Of a DNA stretch of 64,000 nucleotides, positions 12,953 to 24,627 are shown one piece after another. Origin of the DNA: Leucoraja ocellata (lineage: Eukaryota); contig JAWMAR010000384.1 of the NCBI GenBank assembly GCA_036785375.1, positions 620,001-684,000 of the forward strand, in the 5' to 3' direction. Both the position numbers and the translations under genes were made by a program. The notes below the pieces were generated by a model, which did not search any database, was not told the origin of the DNA, and worked only from the letters and a program-made list of their open reading frames with translations. The first letter of the stretch is position 1; each line of letters opens with the position of its first letter.

Positions 12953-13015
12953 GTAAGCCAATATTTTCAGTGGACATTCATCCTGATGGAACCAAGTTTG
13001 CAACAGGTGGCCAAG
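12953..13015 (+). CDS. HIRA: HIRA exon 2
   Basis: KPIFSVDIHPDGTKFATGGQ; ttccag / gtaaga. Confidence 0.95.
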
Positions 13016-13604
13016 GTAAGAGCCAGGCCACAGGCTACCTACTATTTATTGAGATTAAGGCTCTGACATCGAGGTGAAAATCATGTTGCTATCATCTTTT
13101 GTCATTCAAGTTGCAGATAAATCCAATACCTGTAATTCTGGCAAGTGTGCATGTTAAATTGGGAAACAGGTTATTTTTCTCCACTCAGTTCTTTCTTATC
13201 TTATATTGTAGACTCTGGATTTGCTGGCCTTCGTGCTTCTGTTTGACAGCTGTATTTGACTTTGCAGTGGAAATAGTTTTACTATATGCAATGGCCTTTA
13301 AAATGCCCACCGGTGCTTGAGATATGTACAGGCAGTACAGCAGCACAAAGCTGGTTGTTGCTGTGCTATTTCTACTGTTTCACCATGCTTTATTTTGTGT
13401 GTTTTTTTTGATGACTAGGCCAATATGTGCCACTAGCCTTTAATTTGGGTTTATTTGATTAGGTGGCCTAGATGTAGGTTTCCATTTCTCATGCAATAAG
13501 GTCATTTTGATCATTCCTAAATCAAACAATTATTTGCTAGAGTTTTATATTTAAGACTTAATTTATCAAATACAGAAAGCTCATTATTTGTGTTCTGTCT
13601 GCAG

Positions 13605-13715
13605 GGGAGGACTCTGGGAAAGTTGTCATATGGAATATGCCACCAGTTGTTCGAGAGGAGGATGAGAAGAACGAAGCTATCCCCAAAATGCTCTGCCAAA
13701 TGGATAACCACCTGG
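13605..13715 (+). CDS. HIRA: HIRA exon 3
   Basis: EDSGKVVIWNMPPVVREEDEKNEAIPKMLCQMDNHL; ctgcag / gtacat. Confidence 0.95.
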
Positions 13716-14632
13716 GTACATATAAAATATACATGGAAAGCTTCTTTAGAATGTCACAAATATATTGCTGTATATTTAATGATTATTCACTCATTACAGT
13801 CCTCAAAAATGGTACTCCATTCAGAGGGTTGTGGAAAGTTGATTTTGGTGTGGTGTTTGGTTACTTTTTGTGAGTTACTATTAAATCTTCAGATATAAAT
13901 TAAAACCGTCACTTCATATGGCCTAAGCTACTAATTAGATTATAAATATTGAATTTTCCTGTTTCCGGTAACCAAGAGTATCTGTCCCACTCTCACCAGT
14001 CCACCAATTATCGCTACCTTTCTTCACCTTTTCCATTCCTCGAACCTGATTGCCAAGTTATCTACCTCCCCACCTGGCCTCATCTGCCCTTTATCCCTCC
14101 CTTATCTGGTTACAATTATCACTTACCACCCCTTTCTGAGCAATTTCTTCCTTTCCACTGCTGACTCCATTTGTCCATCACACCCTCATCTGATTTCAGC
14201 TATCACCAACCATCGTCAGTCTCACACCCCACCTCTCACTTCTCGACACTGGCTTTCTTCCCTCTGTGCTTTCAGTCCTAGTACAGGGTCATGACCTGAA
14301 ATATCAATCATCCTTTTTCTTCCACATACTGCATGACTGGCTGAATTCTTCTGGCAGTTTTTTTTTAATACGTTAGCTACTTCACTAGCCATTTTAAACT
14401 TTCAATGTCAGTATCTTCTTAGCCCAGTAGAATGACAAGAAATGTTATTAAATTCTCTCCAACCAAAAAAAGACTGCAATTTTTTAGATTGCTGTTTCTA
14501 TCACTGTATAATTTCATCTGGAGTGTGCGTTAATCAGATTAAATGACCGCTTTCATTTAGTACAATTAAAGATAAGTCATTTTATTTCACATTTTGGCTA
14601 GTTTCTCTGTAATGTGGGCACTGAAACACAAC

Positions 14633-15829
14633 CAAGTCAAGTCAAGTCAAGTCAAGTTTATTTGTCACATACACATACGAGATGTGCAGTGAAATGAAAG
14701 TGGCAATGCTCGCGGAACAACAAAACAACCAAACAAATTATAAACACAATCACACATATTATTTTACGTAATAAATAATAGAAGGAAGAACGTTCTGTAC
14801 AGTTAGTCCCTGGTGAGAAAGGCGTTTACAGTCCGAATTGCCTCTGGGAAGAAACTCCTTCTCAACCTCTCCGTTCTCACTGCATGGCAACGGAGGCGTT
14901 TGCCTGACCGCAGCGGCTGGAACAGTCTGTTGCAGGGGTGGAAGAGGTCTCTCATGATTTTGTTTGCTCTGGAGTTGCACCTCTTGTTGTATAGTTCCTG
15001 CAGGGGGGTGAGTGAAGTTCCCATAGTGCGTTCGGCCGAACGCACTACTCTCTGCAGAGCCTTCTTGTCCTTGGCAGAGCAATTCACGAACCAGATTGTA
15101 ATGTTCCCGGACAAGATGCTTTCCACCGCTGCTGCGTAGAAGCACTGGAGGATCCTCAGAGACACTCTGAATTTCCGCAATTGCCTGAGGTGGTAAAGGC
15201 GCTGCCTTGCCTTACTCACCAGTGCTGAGGCGTGTGATGACCATGTCATATCCTCAGAGATGTGGACTCCCAGATATTTAAAACAGTTCACCCTATCCAC
15301 AGGATCCCCATTTATACTCAATGGAGTGTACGTCCTCGGATGATGTGCCCTCCTAAAGTCCATGATCAGCTCCTTCGTTTTTTTGATGTTCAAGAGGAGG
15401 CTGTTCTCCTGGCACCAGAGTGCTAGATCAGCCACCTCCTCCCGGTAGGCCCTCTCATCATTGTCTGAGATCAGGCCCACCACCACAGTGTCATCAGCAA
15501 ACTTAATTATTGAATTGGAGCTGAACCTAGCCACACAGTCATGTGTGTACAGGGAGTACAATAGGGGGCTGAGGACGCAACCCTGGGGCGATCCTGTGCT
15601 CAGGGTGAGGGACTTCGATGTATTCCCTCCCATCTTGACTACCTGGGGCCTGGCGGTGAGAAAGTCCAGGACCCAGGCACACAGGGAGGTGTTGAGCCCC
15701 AATTCCAGTAGCTTCCCGGCCAGTCTGGTGGGGACTATCGTGTTGAAGGCTGAACTGTAGTCTATGAACAGCATCCTCACGTAGCCCCCCTTCTGGCTGT
15801 CCAGATGGGAGAGAGCGGTGTGCAAGACC
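14633..15829 (-). mobile_element. 5'-truncated Rex1/Babar-type non-LTR retrotransposon with uninterrupted RT ORF
   Basis: ORF 14803-15906 with [39 protein letters not shown] and FKYLGVHI; 3' UTR ending GTGACAAATAAA(CTTGA)n. Confidence 0.9.
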
Positions 15830-16010
15830 GGAGGGTCACTTTTATCACAACTGACATGGGATTCAATGTGAAAGTGTCTTGGCCTACATTGTAAAGTCAC
15901 TCTCACAGGGTAAATACCCTGAAAACTTGTCTATACTTTTTTAAAGTTTTGTGTTCAATGTATTCTTGCATACAAACAGTAAATTATAGAGCTCGTCTGT
16001 TTCTTTACAG

Positions 16011-16101
16011 CCTGTGTAAATTGTGTTCGTTGGTCTAATAATGGGTTGTACCTGGCATCGGGTGGAGATGACAAACTAATAATGTTGTGGAAGAGAGCTG
16101 C
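16011..16101 (+). CDS. HIRA: HIRA exon 4
   Basis: CVNCVRWSNNGLYLASGGDDKLIMLWKRA; ttacag / gtaagt. Confidence 0.95.
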
Positions 16102-16516
16102 GTAAGTATGTCAGTCAGACCTAATTAGCTGCTTTTTGATATATCCAAAATAATGATGTTTGAGAACGATTCAAAGGCAAATGTGTATTTGCATAGGGAA
16201 CTAGTGAATCAATGTTACACCGCTGTGCAGCACTTACAGAAAGAATGGTTTTTCATAATGTTGTTAGGTTTATATTACCAGTTAATCTAATACATCTAAA
16301 ATCTACTGTGTTTATTGTGATAACCAAATGAGTAAATAAATACTGGCAACACAAAACTGCAAGTGCTTTCTGAAATGAGATCAGGCATTGTTTTGTGTCT
16401 GATAAATTGTCATAACAATGTATAAAATGTTTTAACATTCTTTAAATTCACATGTTTTTTAAAAAAAAAGCTAAGATTGACGTGTTATATAACAACTGTG
16501 TGACTATTTCCTACAG

Positions 16517-16611
16517 ATATATTGGGCCAAGCAATGTCTTTGGCTCCAGTAGCAAGCTAGCTAATGTGGAGCAGTGGAGGTGTGTTTCTATTCTCAGAAG
16601 CCATACAGGAG
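16517..16611 (+). CDS. HIRA: HIRA exon 5
   Basis: YIGPSNVFGSSSKLANVEQWRCVSILRSHTG; ctacag / gtaaga. Confidence 0.95.
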
Positions 16612-18591
16612 GTAAGAGTTTACGGTCATGTTCTATCCTCACGATTTGGGGAAGCAAAAGATGGTTTTCCATTTCAAACATTTCTTGCATCGTGAAATGG
16701 GACCGGTCTCCTTGTCCTTCATCATCTAAACATTTCTACTATATATTTAGATTTAAACTCTGAATTGGATCTCCATAAATGAAGTTTCATGAAAGTGCTT
16801 AATATTATTACAGATCTAGATTTGCGAAATATTCCCACTTTCTTCTCCATTCATTTTGATACTTTGCTGTCTTTTGACAAATTACCTGTTGTCTTCACCA
16901 AAGATGTCAAATTTTATATGTTGTTTGATAATTTGCGACCCCTCATAATTTCAGAATTATCAGTGTGTAGTTCTAACTGAGTATAGAATGCAATTGAACA
17001 GAGGCAGGAAACAAGATCAACTAATCAGAATGGATGACTGTGCTATTGTTGTTTGGACAGAACAAGACTTCAAAATGTCTTCAATTAATTTCAGTGAATT
17101 GTCATATTTATTTTAAAAACTAACTCTTCTATATCCTATTCATTTTTCTACTGTCTTGCATTCAGATTCCTCCATAAAAACGATTTAAATAATAAAATGA
17201 ACATATCCAGGAATTTCAGTCTTAAGTACAGCTGGCTCTTTGGGTCTAAATGATCCTCCTCTTTGTCTATCCATTTGCGCATTTTTTAAATACTTATTTT
17301 ACATGCTTTGCCAGTTTGTCTTCATGCTTAATATAAACATTCTTAATTTTTTTTCTATAACCTTTGTAATTCTTTTAACTTTGTCTTATAACTTTTGTTG
17401 TTTGTATCATTTTTGTATAGAAAAAATATTTTCTGGCTTTATCTCTCCTGTCAATGAATCCACACCCGCATTCTATATCTAATTGGAATCTATGAAACTT
17501 TTACCTTATTTAAATTGTTATTAAAGAACACCTATTGTGTTCAATCTAATATTGTTTATTGTGACATTGCAATGACCTGAGATGTCCCATCTCTGCTACT
17601 GAAATCACCTTTATCTCAAACTTCTTATTTGTCTATTTTCAATGTCACTATTTCCACTTCAGTTCGCTTTCTTGTCCCATCATTTGTACTATTACCATTT
17701 GCAAACCATTCAGAATGATATCCAATGGTCTTCCTCAATTATTTCATGGTCTTGTATTATTTCATGCTCTAAGTAATTGCAGATGTTGTCATGATCATCA
17801 TGGAGGGATTTCGGTCTAAGGATGGAATTATGATTTCAAATTTGCTGGTTAGGAGTTTGACCGAAATCTCAGTGAAACTGATTTGTGTCTATAGTGGACA
17901 TTTCATGTTATCAGAGAAAAATGCAGTCTGAACAAGTCCCGACCTGACACGTCACTTTTCCATGTTCTCTAGCGATGCTGCCTGACACATTGAGTTAATC
18001 CAGCACTGTATCTTTTTTTGTAAACCAGCATCTGAAGTTCCTTGTTTCTACATATTATTTTTCAGAGATTACACTAATTTTCTTTCAAAGTTGTGATGAG
18101 AGAACATTATGCAAATTCCACATCCACAAATTCCAAGCTATTTCTACAACTTACATTTTTTTTTGTCTTGCCATCTTTCTCAAAATCTATCTACCAACAG
18201 ATCTCACACAGTCCAAAGTTATATGTGGTCCAAACTGCCCACTATCCATTCATCCTGATTAGCTCAGCTTGTTCAACAAATTGTTCAATACAGGTATCAA
18301 CATACTTGCAGTTGTCAGTACTTTTTTAGTCTTATTCTCTCCTTCTTAACCTTCCTTCATATTCTTCATAACTTATTTATTTACTCTTCCCACCCACTTT
18401 TCATTCTAGGTTTGAGATTGGTTAGGCACTTCATCCAAAATTTCCACCATAGCTTACCAAGAAAATTTTGGTATTTTAAATTTTTGTTGTCAATGATGAA
18501 TGGTCCACTGAAGTGGAACATTGCCATAAGCTTTGCATGACCAACATCTCCATGTACAGTACACTGACTGAGGATTCTGTGTATGTTCCAG

Positions 18592-18687
18592 ATGTGATGG
18601 ACTTGGCCTGGTCACCCCACGATGCTTGGCTCTCCTCCTGCAGTATTGATAATACTGTTGTGATCTGGAATGCCCTGAAGTTCCCAG
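18592..18687 (+). CDS. HIRA: HIRA exon 6
   Basis: VMDLAWSPHDAWLSSCSIDNTVVIWNALKFP; ttccag / gtgagt. Confidence 0.95.
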
Positions 18688-18969
18688 GTGAGTTTGATGT
18701 TCATTGGTGTAAAGACAAAACTCAAACTAGTATACAAAGGAATCTCTCACAAGGCAGTGGTGAAAATTCACTTTCAGCAAAGTTATTCCTTATTTCCACT
18801 TCATGTAGAATTTGTTTTCTATGAATCTATTGCAATGATGACATTTGAACTCTCAAGTATAACAACAATATAGTTGATCATGCAGGTTATGGGGGGTTGC
18901 GATCGGTTGGAAATGTTGTAAGCTTCAAGGATGAATAAGCTGTGAAAGCTTTTCAACACTTTCTTACAG

Positions 18970-19130
18970 AAATCATTGCAACATTACGTGGTCATTCGGG
19001 CCTGGTAAAGGGTCTTACCTGGGACCCTGTCGGAAAGTACATTGCATCCCAAGCTGATGACCGGAGCTTAAAAGTGTGGAGGACCATGGATTGGCAGCTG
19101 GAGACCAACATTACTAAGCCCTTTGATGAA
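18970..19130 (+). CDS. HIRA: HIRA exon 7
   Basis: [53 protein letters not shown]; ttacag / gtatgt. Confidence 0.95.
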
Positions 19131-20831
19131 GTATGTACATGCAGCAAATGTCCCAACTATTGTCCAGTAATTCCTTACTGTTTTTAGCCATGTACGCAAG
19201 TCCTGTTGATATCTCTGCAGCTATCTGTGGCACAGGTTTTCTATAGATATCATGAACCTGGCACCCTTCCTTCGTGCTCTCCTACCACTGCATTCAAAGT
19301 CAATTTCAAGTGATCAACAGATGACCTTTTGTTCACTGATACAGGAACTGCAGGTGCTGGTTTATAAAAAGGACACAAAGTGCTGGTGCCGGATAAGTCC
19401 TAACCCAAAACGTCACATACCCATGCCTTCCAGAGATGCTCCCTGACCCACTGAGTTCCTGTAGCGCGTTTTGACTGTTTGCTTGTTCTTCAACATATTG
19501 TACCCTGAATCTATGTTTTAGATTAAGGCTTTAACACTGCATCAGTTGATGAATTCAATGTGAGATGGGCCATATGGCCTAGAGTAGTCAACTGCAATAG
19601 ATAACACCAATTTATTCAGAAAATATATGTTTGAAGAGTTAATTAAATTCAGCTTATGAAAGACACTCGTGCAACGTCTGTCAGCACTTATCTAGAAATG
19701 CAGGAAGGAGTGGATGGTGTGCTTCAGTTTCATCTTGAGCACTTGCAGCAACATTGTCAGCAGGTTTGATTAACAACTATTTGGAATTGTATACTGGAAT
19801 ATTATTTTTACAAGAATTAACTTAAAATAAATGAACATGGCATGTACTGCCCTCTCCATTCCCCTGCTGCCACAAGTGGAGTCTTTTTTTGACTATTAGA
19901 CAAACGTATATCCTACCTATTGACGCTAGTTTGTTTGATTGTTATTGGAACCATGGCAAGCCATTCATGAACAGGTACTTTTATAATTTTAAAAGACCTT
20001 GTGGAGTAGATAGAGCTGTAATGCCCCACTGATCTCAAGCAGCTTTCCTATCCTTACTCACAACCAACACCATCTGGGTTGCAGTCACAATAAATCAAGA
20101 TTGCAAAGAGGATAATCTGCCACCATTATAATAAGCATTAGTTTTGTCTTTGAAGACATTGCAGTTAAATGCCGTGTAGGACATGATTGAACAGATTTAG
20201 GCATGTAAGTGTGAGAAAGCTGGGCTTTTATTTGGGAGGGGGTAACACATTAAACGGCCTTGTAAAAGAAGGAGTGACTGGAAATGGGCTTAGTTTGCAA
20301 GGCACAGAGGACAAAGGTGGGTTTTTAAGCAGGGGGTTGGTGGCGACATATTTGAAAGGGAGTGTGACATTTCTCAGAGGCATCCATAAATGGTATGTTA
20401 ACAGCAGGGGCGGAAATCGCTATCAAAACATGGGGGGGGGGGAACACAATTTCTTGATGGCCGCGCACGCGCACACATACGCAAGACTTCACGGGCTTCG
20501 GCTGTGGGCCCTGTGGACAGTAATATCGGGAGCTGACCTGGTTGGTGACCGACTCCGAACTCCAATCCTTTATAGATATCATAAGCGACAAAGGTGCGGT
20601 ATTGGTCCTTGCATTAATGGTCACAGACCTCCAATCATAGAATCTCCCAGCCACCACTATCTTCTACCTTCAATGCTTTCTTGAAAGAACAAAAAAGCCC
20701 ATGGTTCAGAGCTGTTTTAAATTTGCAGCGTCTTAAGTTCCATTATTACTAAGATATTTGGCGTATGTTCTCTTAGTTTATGTGGTCGTGCATCATTAGC
20801 GGTCCATAAGATTGTTATTATCTCTCTTCAG

Positions 20832-20999
20832 TGTGCAGGCACGACGCACGTACTGCGTTTAAGTTGGTCCCCAGATGGCCATTACCTCGTATCTGCGCAT
20901 GCGATGAACAACTCTGGCCCCACAGCCCAGATCATTGAACGGGATGGCTGGAAAACAAATATGGACTTTGTTGGCCATCGTAAAGCAGTGACGGTGGTG
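20832..20999 (+). CDS. HIRA: HIRA exon 8
   Basis: CAGTTHVLRLSWSPDGHYLVSAHAMNNSGPTAQIIERDGWKTNMDFVGHRKAVTVV; cttcag / gtaagt. Confidence 0.95.
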
Positions 21000-22910
21000 G
21001 TAAGTGTTCTCACCTTTTGAACCCTGCTGAATAGCACTTGGCACAGTGTGACATAAGTAAGTGTTTCGATTTATACAAAGAGAGCAAGGTAGGAAATAGT
21101 TTAATTGGCAAGAATTTTCTGTCATAATAACGAGCCTAACATCTTACGTCAATTTCTGACAATAGGTGATGCCCAACTAAATATGAAAATCCTGTAGTTA
21201 TCATTAATGATGCACCTCCCTCAAAACAGTTTCTTGCTGTACCATTGACGTGGATGTAATGTTCTTCCACTTCTTTTTTTGATTATCTTCTTCTTGCGAA
21301 TGAAACATAAACCAAAGGAATAGTTAGATCTCAAGACGGGTGTTGAGCAGCGTCAATGTCTGCGTCAATGTCTGCCAGATCTGCGTCAATGTCTGCCAGA
21401 TCCTGAGCTCCATTTGGTGGGTGGCAGAGTGGTTTGATACAAACTATGAACACTCCACAGAAGGTTGGGGCATGGAAATTTCTAAATATTTTTTCAAATA
21501 GTAGTCTTTAGTTTCATTCTTGATCAGGGATTTTACTTTCCCATTTGACTAGCCAAGTGGTTGCAAGATTGCTTGGTCTGATCGCACAGATCCCAAATAT
21601 TGTGCAGAGCAAATGTTTCCATTCTGATCTCTAACATCACAAATAAAAAATTTTAGAAATTGATTCAGCAATTTCCTTTGGCCTCGTGTTCAATAGCTCA
21701 AAAATATTTTCAAGGTAATTGATAGAAGAGTTAGTGAATTAAAGATTTTTTTCCCCCCAAAAAACTGATGGGATCACTCTGAAAGTGTCATGCAGGCAGC
21801 AACCTTCACCATAGTCACGTTGTAACTTTTGATGCTATGGCCCAAGAGCTGGGATTTGGATTGGCCTACATTGGTCAGTTTGGTTTCACGTGGACAGGTG
21901 AGATGAATCCTTTGTTCTATGCTCTACATTTCAAATTTTATGAAGTACGGTTAAAATGTCGGTCGAACTATAGTTATCTTTGCTCAGCAGTAATTTCTTT
22001 AAATTGGAAAATTGTGATCGTCACTTTGTCAATTCAAAAAGATGAGAAGAGGAAACCAAGGAAATATTGGCGAATGATCTAGCATATGTTTCAGAAAATT
22101 ACAGAAATCCTCGCACTACTTTGCAAGAACACCAGGAGACCTTTTACATCCCTAGTCTAACATCTTATCAGAAGGTATTGCCTTGAATGCAGCACAACTC
22201 CCATGGTGCTACTTCAGAGTGATGATTGAGGAAGCCCTGAAGTCTTTGACATAGGATTAAAGCTCAAGCTTCAGACTTTGAGCTGAGGGTCTAATCACTA
22301 AGCCATTTCCAGTTTGTGGCAACTTGGCTCCAGATAATATAGGAGAATAAGGGATGTTTGTCATAAATATGAATGTTGGGAGTGAAAACATTGATGTAAT
22401 GGTAATTCTTATTACTGAAATGGACTATTTAATGCTGTTATAAATAAACTGGGTTTTGGCTTAATGCAAATAATGACTTGAATGAAAGGAATAATCTTTG
22501 CCAGTAACTCAGGCGTACAGGTTACCTACACTTGTAGATGCAAAGAGGATCATCTGGACATAGGAGAAGGATAGGCCAAGTTTATTTGTTACAGTTTGGT
22601 TAATGCACTAATAGAAAAACAATTAAGATCAGTTTTTAGTTTCAAAATAATAAGCTGTCCCAACTTACATCAGTGCCCAAGTTTGTCTGTTTATTTAAAA
22701 CCGTAAATTATAAACATTTGTCTGTGATCTGTTCATTAGGTTCAATACAGCATTAAATTCTATTTAGCGATGTGCACTTAAAATGGGCTATGTGTCTGAA
22801 TATGCTGCTGATCAGAAGACTGAGTGAATGAGCAGTTTCTTTAGACTTTGGATGTAAAGCGGCGCTTTGTTAATCTGATGCTGACGTTTTTCTTCTATTC
22901 CCATCTTTAG

Positions 22911-23024
22911 AAATTTAACCCTAAGATATTTAAGAAGAAGCCACGGAATGGGAGCTCCAATAAGCCTAGTTGTCCTTACTGTTGCTGTGCAGTGGGGAGT
23001 AAAGACCGGTCCCTCTCTGTTTGG
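22911..23024 (+). CDS. HIRA: HIRA exon 9
   Basis: KFNPKIFKKKPRNGSSNKPSCPYCCCAVGSKDRSLSVW; ctttag / gtaagt. Confidence 0.95.
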
Positions 23025-23051
23025 GTAAGTCCAGAGACCTGGATGCCTTGT

Positions 23052-23170
23052 GTTAGAAGGAACTGCAGATGCTAGTTTAGTTTGAAGAAGGGTCTTGACC
23101 CGAAACGTCACTCATTCCTTCTCTCCAGAGATGCAGCATGTCCCGCTGCGTTACTCCAGTTTTTTGTGTC
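23052..23170 (+). mobile_element. Penelope-derived short repeat (inverted 5' piece plus forward unit)
   Basis: TTGAAGAAGGGTCTTGACCCGAAACGTC; 16-bp TSD GACCT(G/A)GATGCCTTGT. Confidence 0.8.
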
Positions 23171-23310
23171 GACCTAGATGCCTTGTTTTTGGGGTGACAT
23201 CTCAAGAAAGATAAACTGACTTTTCACCATGTCATAGACATGCTCGATTCTATGCTCCCCTTTGACTTTCTTTCCCCTCAAGATACATTATTTTTCTGCA
23301 TCCTAAACAT

Positions 23311-24067
23311 AATCATCATAATGATAATCATAATCATACTTTATTAGCCAAGTATGTTTTGCAACATACGAGGAATTTGATTTGCCATTCAGTCGTACCA
23401 ATAAAAAGCAACAAGACACACAAAATACATTTTAACATAAACATCCACCACAGTGACTCCTCCACATTCCTCACTGTGATGGAAAGCGGGAAAAAAAAAA
23501 GTTCAATCTCTTCCTTTCTTTGTTCTCCCGCGGTGGGGGACCTTGAACCTTCCGTTGACGGGGCGATCTTGGCTCCCGCAGCCGGCGGTCGTGCCCTCCG
23601 CATCTGGGCCATCAAGCTCCCGCATCGGGGGGGAATCTCAGCTCCCCTGCGCCGGGCGATCGGACCCTGGGTTGGGGCTAGTCGAACCTCATTGGAACTT
23701 CCCGATATCGGTCTTTACCCAAGACTGCGAACTCCTCGATGGTGAAATCCGCAGGCCGGGGTTGGAGCGTCGATCCCAGGCAAGGGATCGCAGGCTCCGA
23801 TGGTAAGTCCAGGGCCCCGCGGTAGGGCTCAAAGTCAGTCTCGAGCAAGGTTGCCAGCTACCTGATGTTAGGCCGCAGAGCGACCGGAGATACGATTCGG
23901 AAAACAATCGCATCTCCAGCAAGGTAAGAGATTGAAAAAAGGTTTCCCCACCCCCCACATAAAACAAACCAGAGAACATTAACACAAACTTTTAATAACA
24001 CTGAAAATAACAAAAAAGACAGAAGACCATTGGCAAGGCTGCCATCGCTGACAGCACCACCCGGTGG
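23311..24067 (-). mobile_element. GC-rich non-autonomous retroelement with Rex1-type 3' end and ATG/ATT-rich tail
   Basis: Same internal stem as the 12293-12794 element; 3' hairpin plus CTAATAAAG and microsatellite tail; candidate TSD AAACAT at 23305-23310 and 24068-24073. Confidence 0.7.
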
Positions 24068-24556
24068 AAACATGATTTATTTCTAACATTTTGCATTTTT
24101 GATAAAATTTAATTGATCTAAAATGTTATCTGTGGTTGTTTCTCCATATCGTAATCTCCATATTGCTGAATTACCTTAACTCTCAGATCCTTTAAACCCT
24201 TCTGTATGAATCCCTTCAGACATCTGATATTTACTTCTGTTATGACCTTCTCCAAGCTGTGCATTTCTCCAATTCTGGGGCGGCCTACCTCTTTGATCAC
24301 ATAATTAGTCTTCTGTCCATGCTCTAAATCTTATCGAGCCCTGAATTCTCTCTGGCTTATTATCTGTTTCTCCTTTAAGGCACACATTATAACCTATAAT
24401 TAGGCCTCTCTACCTTCAATTGGAATTGATTTATTTTGTGCATGGGCATTTGGCTTTGATTTGCTTTGCTAGAGTCTTAAATGGCCTTCTTGAATGAAAG
24501 AAACAACATATTGCAGTCAAACCGGCTAGTGTTCACTTGTTGCTTTGTTTCAACAG

Positions 24557-24627
24557 CTTACTTGCCTGAAACGCCCTCTGGTGGTGATCCATGAATTATT
24601 TGATAAATCTATTATGGATATCTCCTG
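24557..24627 (+). CDS. HIRA: HIRA exon 10
   Basis: LTCLKRPLVVIHELFDKSIMDISW; caacag / gtaagg. Confidence 0.95.

Noticed and set aside
14803-15906. 367-aa RT ORF as a domesticated gene
   Set aside because: It is a 5'-truncated LINE with intact 3' UTR and tail; the ORF start is a non-ATG codon in host intron sequence.
20187-20684. 165-aa ORF and CAGGGGCGGA-starting GC-rich patch
   Set aside because: No protein motif. Probably one end of a DNA transposon (~20405-20560), but no matching TIR was found.
21349-21401. Short repeats as a CRISPR-like array
   Set aside because: Vertebrate intron, no unique spacers, only 2-3 adjacent units.
22100-22290. Ancient DeuSINE-like relic (also ~8600-8750)
   Set aside because: The resemblance is too degraded to assign by eye.
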